DNA of 64,000 nucleotides from Candidatus Omnitrophota bacterium (GTDB lineage Bacteria; Omnitrophota; Gorgyraeia; Gygaellales; Profunditerraquicolaceae): NCBI GenBank assembly GCA_028712505.1, contig JAQTQC010000001.1, positions 77,635 to 141,634 of the forward strand, read 5' to 3'. Shown piece by piece: positions 60,494 to 64,000 of this stretch (position 1 is its first letter; each line of letters starts with the position of its first letter). The notes under the pieces were generated by a model. It saw only the letters and a program-made list of their open reading frames with translations, ran no database searches and was not told where the DNA came from. The position numbers and the translations under genes were made by a program.

Positions 60494-61759
60494 GTGCCGC
60501 TGATGGATAAATATCTAGAACGAGAATTAATAAAAATTGAAGACATGATTGGATTCCACGCCAGCCGGATAATTTCCTGCCCCCTGGTGCCTCCGGAACA
60601 TGTTTATTTCTCGTTGACCAACAGGTGCTGCCTGCGCTGTATTATGTGTGATATCCCTAAATCTCCGGGCAGGCAGGAAGATGAGTTAAATACCGAAGAA
60701 GTAAAAAAGATCATACTACAAATAAAAGATTTAGGAGTAAGACACCTTATTTTTTCCGGAGGCGAACCTTTGCTCCGAAGCGACCTGGTAGAGCTCGTGC
60801 GTTTTTCCAGGGCCAGCGGTATTGCCTGGGTAGATATTATCACCAATGGGATATTATGCAATGATGACGTTGTGCAGGGGTTAATCCAGGCGGGATTAAA
60901 CCACGTAACTGTTTCTTTGGATGGCGTTTCCGAAGTTCACGATTCAATCCGGGGTGCAGGTTCCTTTCAGAAGTCTGCCCAGGCAATTGACCTGTTTAAC
61001 TATTACAAACAAAAACTTAATACTGTTTCTCCCAGTGTGGGAATCAACTTCACCATTTTGGATAAGAATATTAATGATATGCTTAAGGTTGTAGAATTTG
61101 CCAAAGAAAAAAAATGTAATGCCATTGTGTTCCAGCCCGTTTTAGTTAGTAATGTCAGTATGGATGAACGTCAAAGAAATTCCCTCTGGCCGTCTGAGAG
61201 CGGGTTGTCAGATTTAGAGGAAAATATACGCAGGCTATTAGTTATAAAGGCCAAGGAGAAAGATATCCTGATTTATACGGACAGCACCATACTGAAAGGT
61301 ATCCCTGGATACTTCAAAGGCTTAAGGCCTGGTAGAAATTTTAAGTGTTATGAGGGAATTAAGAGGATAGTAATAACTTGCGATGGCAGGGTGTGGAGCT
61401 GTAAAGGGATCTATGGAGATCTGAAGAATGAAAATTTAAAACAACTCTGGTTTTCAACGCAGGCCAAAAAGATCAGGGAGGATGTGAATAACTGCAAGGA
61501 TCATTGCCTTCAGGACTGCGTGTATTTCCCCATGGATATTTCAGGTCAGGTAAAAAGTTTTCTTTCCGGGATAAGGAGCTCCGGGGATAATGCGCTTGCC
61601 TCAAAGCGTATAATATCCAGGTTAGATTATTGCATCAATCAGTTGTCAAAACGCCTGAGCCGCAATTTTTTTAGTAATTTTAGCAAAGAAAAGATCGAGA
61701 TTTATAAATTAAATACACTTAGGAATGAAGTAATCAAAGATTACAAACCCGTTGCTTGA
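60494..61759 (+). CDS. radical SAM/SPASM-twitch domain protein (array member 10)
   Basis: CCLRCIMCDI, SGGEPLL, C-terminal CYEG...CKGIYGD...CKDHCLQDC. GTG at 60494 or ATG at 60503 (MDKYLE) could be the start. Confidence 0.78.
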   Translation: MPLMDKYLERELIKIEDMIGFHASRIISCPLVPPEHVYFSLTNRCCLRCIMCDIPKSPGRQEDELNTEEVKKIILQIKDLGVRHLIFSGGEPLLRSDLVELVRFSRASGIAWVDIITNGILCNDDVVQGLIQAGLNHVTVSLDGVSEVHDSIRGAGSFQKSAQAIDLFNYYKQKLNTVSPSVGINFTILDKNINDMLKVVEFAKEKKCNAIVFQPVLVSNVSMDERQRNSLWPSESGLSDLEENIRRLLVIKAKEKDILIYTDSTILKGIPGYFKGLRPGRNFKCYEGIKRIVITCDGRVWSCKGIYGDLKNENLKQLWFSTQAKKIREDVNNCKDHCLQDCVYFPMDISGQVKSFLSGIRSSGDNALASKRIISRLDYCINQLSKRLSRNFFSNFSKEKIEIYKLNTLRNEVIKDYKPVA

Positions 61760-61777
61760 TTTTTAAAAGATTATCCT

Positions 61778-62920
61778 ATGGACTATATCAAAAGTTTTGA
61801 GCAGGATCTAGCCTATTATTTCTCTGAGGTTTTGGAGAAGCCGCTGGCCAAGCCGCTTTGGATCTATTTAAGCCTTAGCCATAAATGTACCTACCGTTGC
61901 CAGATGTGCGGTGTGGTTAATATCTTGCAAGGGCATGAATTGTCTGTGCCGGAGGTAAAAAATACATTTGATGTAATTGCCGGCTGGGGTTGGGATTTAA
62001 CAGTTGTTTTAACCGGAGGGGAGATATTCTTAAGGAACGACATATTTGAGATTATTCAATACGGTGCAGCTAAGGGATTAAAGATAGAAGCAGTTTCTAA
62101 TGGGGCGTTAATTACAAAAGATTTGGCAGATAAGATCATTTCCTCCGGTTTGAAAAATATCGCTATCTCGCTTGATGGTGCCAAAGAAGAAACCCATGAT
62201 ACGATCAGGCAAAAAGGCGCTTTTAATAAAGCTATAACTGCTATTAAGAATTTAGTTGAAAGCAAGCTTAAATCTGGTTCGGGCCCACAAATTTCGGTTT
62301 GGGTTACAATTATGCGAGAGAATGTGCGCGAACTTTTTGATATCATCCCTCTTGTTCAAGAAGCCGGTGTCGAATGCCTGGTATATCATCCGGTTATTGT
62401 CAATCAGGATGATATGCAAAATACCTCATCCGTGGCCCGTTTCTGGCTCAAAGATAACGATATTGAATTATTAAAAACCCAGATTGATAAGATAGTCGAT
62501 TATCAACAAAAGCACGGCTTGGTGGCTTTTCTCCATGACCCCTATATGTGGATCAGACATTTTAAAGGAGAGTTGACTAAAAAGGATTGGAAATGCAACC
62601 CTTTTGTTTTCTTAAATGTCGGGCCTGATGGAGATGTGCGTAGTTGCGGTGCGGCGTTTGGGAATATTCAAAAGCTGGGTTTGGATGAATGTCTGAAAAC
62701 CAAAGAAGCTGACCAGGCCAGGAGGGCGATGAAAAATTGCCAAAAACCCTGTTTGCAGACCTGCTGGGCTAATCCCCAGTCAGATTCCTTAGCCGGTATT
62801 GTCGACGCCTTGATTCATAATCTAAAAAAAGACAGGCTTGATAAGCAGTCCAAGAAACAATTATTATTAACTGCTTTATCTAAATTAACAAGTTACGAGG
62901 AAATGTTCAAGAATGCTTAA
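61778..62920 (+). CDS. radical SAM/SPASM-twitch domain protein (array member 11)
   Basis: CTYRCQMCGV, TGGEIFL, C-terminal CNPF...CGAAFGN...CQKPCLQTC. Confidence 0.8.
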   Translation: MDYIKSFEQDLAYYFSEVLEKPLAKPLWIYLSLSHKCTYRCQMCGVVNILQGHELSVPEVKNTFDVIAGWGWDLTVVLTGGEIFLRNDIFEIIQYGAAKGLKIEAVSNGALITKDLADKIISSGLKNIAISLDGAKEETHDTIRQKGAFNKAITAIKNLVESKLKSGSGPQISVWVTIMRENVRELFDIIPLVQEAGVECLVYHPVIVNQDDMQNTSSVARFWLKDNDIELLKTQIDKIVDYQQKHGLVAFLHDPYMWIRHFKGELTKKDWKCNPFVFLNVGPDGDVRSCGAAFGNIQKLGLDECLKTKEADQARRAMKNCQKPCLQTCWANPQSDSLAGIVDALIHNLKKDRLDKQSKKQLLLTALSKLTSYEEMFKNA

Positions 62921-64000
62921 TCTAAAAGAAGTCATTTTCTCTATTACCAACAGGTGTAATTTAAGATGCAAGATGTGCGATATTCCTTCCGGAGTAGTTG
63001 CTGAGTTATCTACTGAGCAGTGGAAGGATGTAATCAAGGATGCCTCCCGTTTAGGCGCCCAGACTATTGTTTTTAGCGGCGGAGAACCGCTGTTGAGAGA
63101 GGATATCTATGAATTAATCGCCTTTGCCAGGAAGAATAACCTGAGCGCCTGTGTTACTTCAAATGGTTATTTGATTGATGAGCGGACTGCCTTAAAACTC
63201 AGCGAGGTTAAGGTAAATGTGGTCAATGTTTCAGTCGAAGGCGCCAGGCAAACCCATGATTTTCTTAGGGGTGCAGGCAGTTTTGATAAGGCAATATCTG
63301 CCTTGAATAATCTCAAGAAGTATAAAATAGAATCCACTGTGGCTGCAACCGTGTCAAAATATAATTACAAGGATATGCTTTATATTCTAGAGATAGCCAG
63401 GGGATGCGGAGCAACTACTGTGAGGCTGCAGCCATTTAATAGCATTTTCTTAAAAGGCAACGATCGTAATGGCGAATTTTTAATAGATAAATCAGATATC
63501 CCCAAACTTGCCGAGTTAATCAAAGAGTTTATTAACCTTGCCCGGGAATACGGTATTTCAGTTAATCCCGTGGAATATTTGTTGAAAATACCCGAATATT
63601 TAAGCGGGAAGAAATTTTATCCGCTTACCTGCGGTGCACTTTGGTATTCCTGTCCGATAAATCCAAATGGCGATTTGCTTCCTTGTTGGATAGAGGGAGC
63701 GGATAATAAGTTGATCGGAAACGTTAAGACGGAGAGATTGTATAGCTTGTGGTTGTCTAAAAAAAGAGCCAAAATGATCAATGCAATTATAAAAAATGGA
63801 TGCAAGGGGTGTCTGATGAGCTGCTATGACGAGGCATTTACCCGTAAGTTATTAAAAGAATCCATAGCCGGCAATGTCAGGAAGATAAAAAAAATCACCG
63901 ATTACCAGAAGGTGATGAATAAAATTCTGCAACTTTTAAGAAGCCAAATAATAAAACTGAAATTAAAATACAGGTTTTATAGTTCTTACCGGGGTTCATT
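62913..64000 (+). CDS. radical SAM/SPASM-twitch domain protein (array member 12), 3' end beyond window
   Basis: Translated by hand (not in the ORF track because no stop codon falls in the window). MLNLKEVIFSITNRCNLRCKMCDI, SGGEPLL, ...CGALWYSCPINPNGDLLPCW...CKGCLMSC. ATG at 62913 overlaps the previous stop (ATGCTTAA). Confidence 0.75.
   Translation, partial: MLNLKEVIFSITNRCNLRCKMCDIPSGVVAELSTEQWKDVIKDASRLGAQTIVFSGGEPLLREDIYELIAFARKNNLSACVTSNGYLIDERTALKLSEVKVNVVNVSVEGARQTHDFLRGAGSFDKAISALNNLKKYKIESTVAATVSKYNYKDMLYILEIARGCGATTVRLQPFNSIFLKGNDRNGEFLIDKSDIPKLAELIKEFINLAREYGISVNPVEYLLKIPEYLSGKKFYPLTCGALWYSCPINPNGDLLPCWIEGADNKLIGNVKTERLYSLWLSKKRAKMINAIIKNGCKGCLMSCYDEAFTRKLLKESIAGNVRKIKKITDYQKVMNKILQLLRSQIIKLKLKYRFYSSYRGS

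Noticed and set aside
49229..64000. Searched for RiPP precursor peptides, leader peptides or small ORFs between radical SAM genes
   Set aside because: Intergenic gaps are 0-18 nt or genes overlap. The only small ORFs are antisense or out-of-frame within the rSAM genes (for example 54160-54360, 54613-54849, 62256-62474). No Gly/Cys-rich core-peptide candidate was seen.

Overview
This is an AT-rich bacterial window of about 60 protein genes, all on the + strand and tightly packed. The V-type ATPase gene order, the abundance of radical SAM genes and the codon usage suggest an uncultivated anaerobe, perhaps PVC-like; this is inference only.

The window has three parts.

(i) 1-7.9 kb holds a small envelope-glycan-like module: a B12-binding radical SAM, an SGNH hydrolase, a SPASM-type radical SAM and a large GT-C-like polytopic membrane protein. 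It is followed by a pair of U32 (UbiU/UbiV- or RlhA-like) proteins.

(ii) 7.9-28.1 kb is a housekeeping block. A pyrimidine cluster with a recognisable PyrR attenuator runs pyrR-pyrB-pyrC-[EndoQ-like PHP nuclease]-tRNA-Arg-carA-carB-mutM-[ICMT-like]-pyrK-pyrD-pyrF. A 7-gene V/A-type ATPase operon (E, DUF2764-like, A, B, D, I, K) follows, then tRNA-Val and tRNA-Asp.

(iii) 28-64 kb is accessory. It holds a tRNA-binding protein with a YkgJ protein and a DUF2156-like protein, a DnaQ exonuclease-WYL fusion, a PilZ-coiled-coil-glycosidase-like protein, small DNA repair and peptidase genes, and a strongly signalled small secreted protein. Next is a surface-polysaccharide locus: a WbuX-like amidotransferase, an SxtJ/DUF5989/carbamoyltransferase triad, two SGNH-TPR paralogs, an FAD oxidoreductase, a TPR protein, Wzm and a Wzt with a triplicated C-terminal domain. 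The window ends in an uninterrupted array of at least 12 radical SAM genes. Ten of these are SPASM/twitch-type paralogs, one is a GT2-radical SAM fusion and one is a B12-binding radical SAM.

The radical SAM array is the most likely candidate for a novel system, probably anaerobic glycan tailoring rather than a RiPP cluster. It has no room for precursor peptides, it starts directly after the Wzm/Wzt O-antigen-type exporter genes, and it lacks a described counterpart that I recognise. No CRISPR, transposase or integrase was seen.
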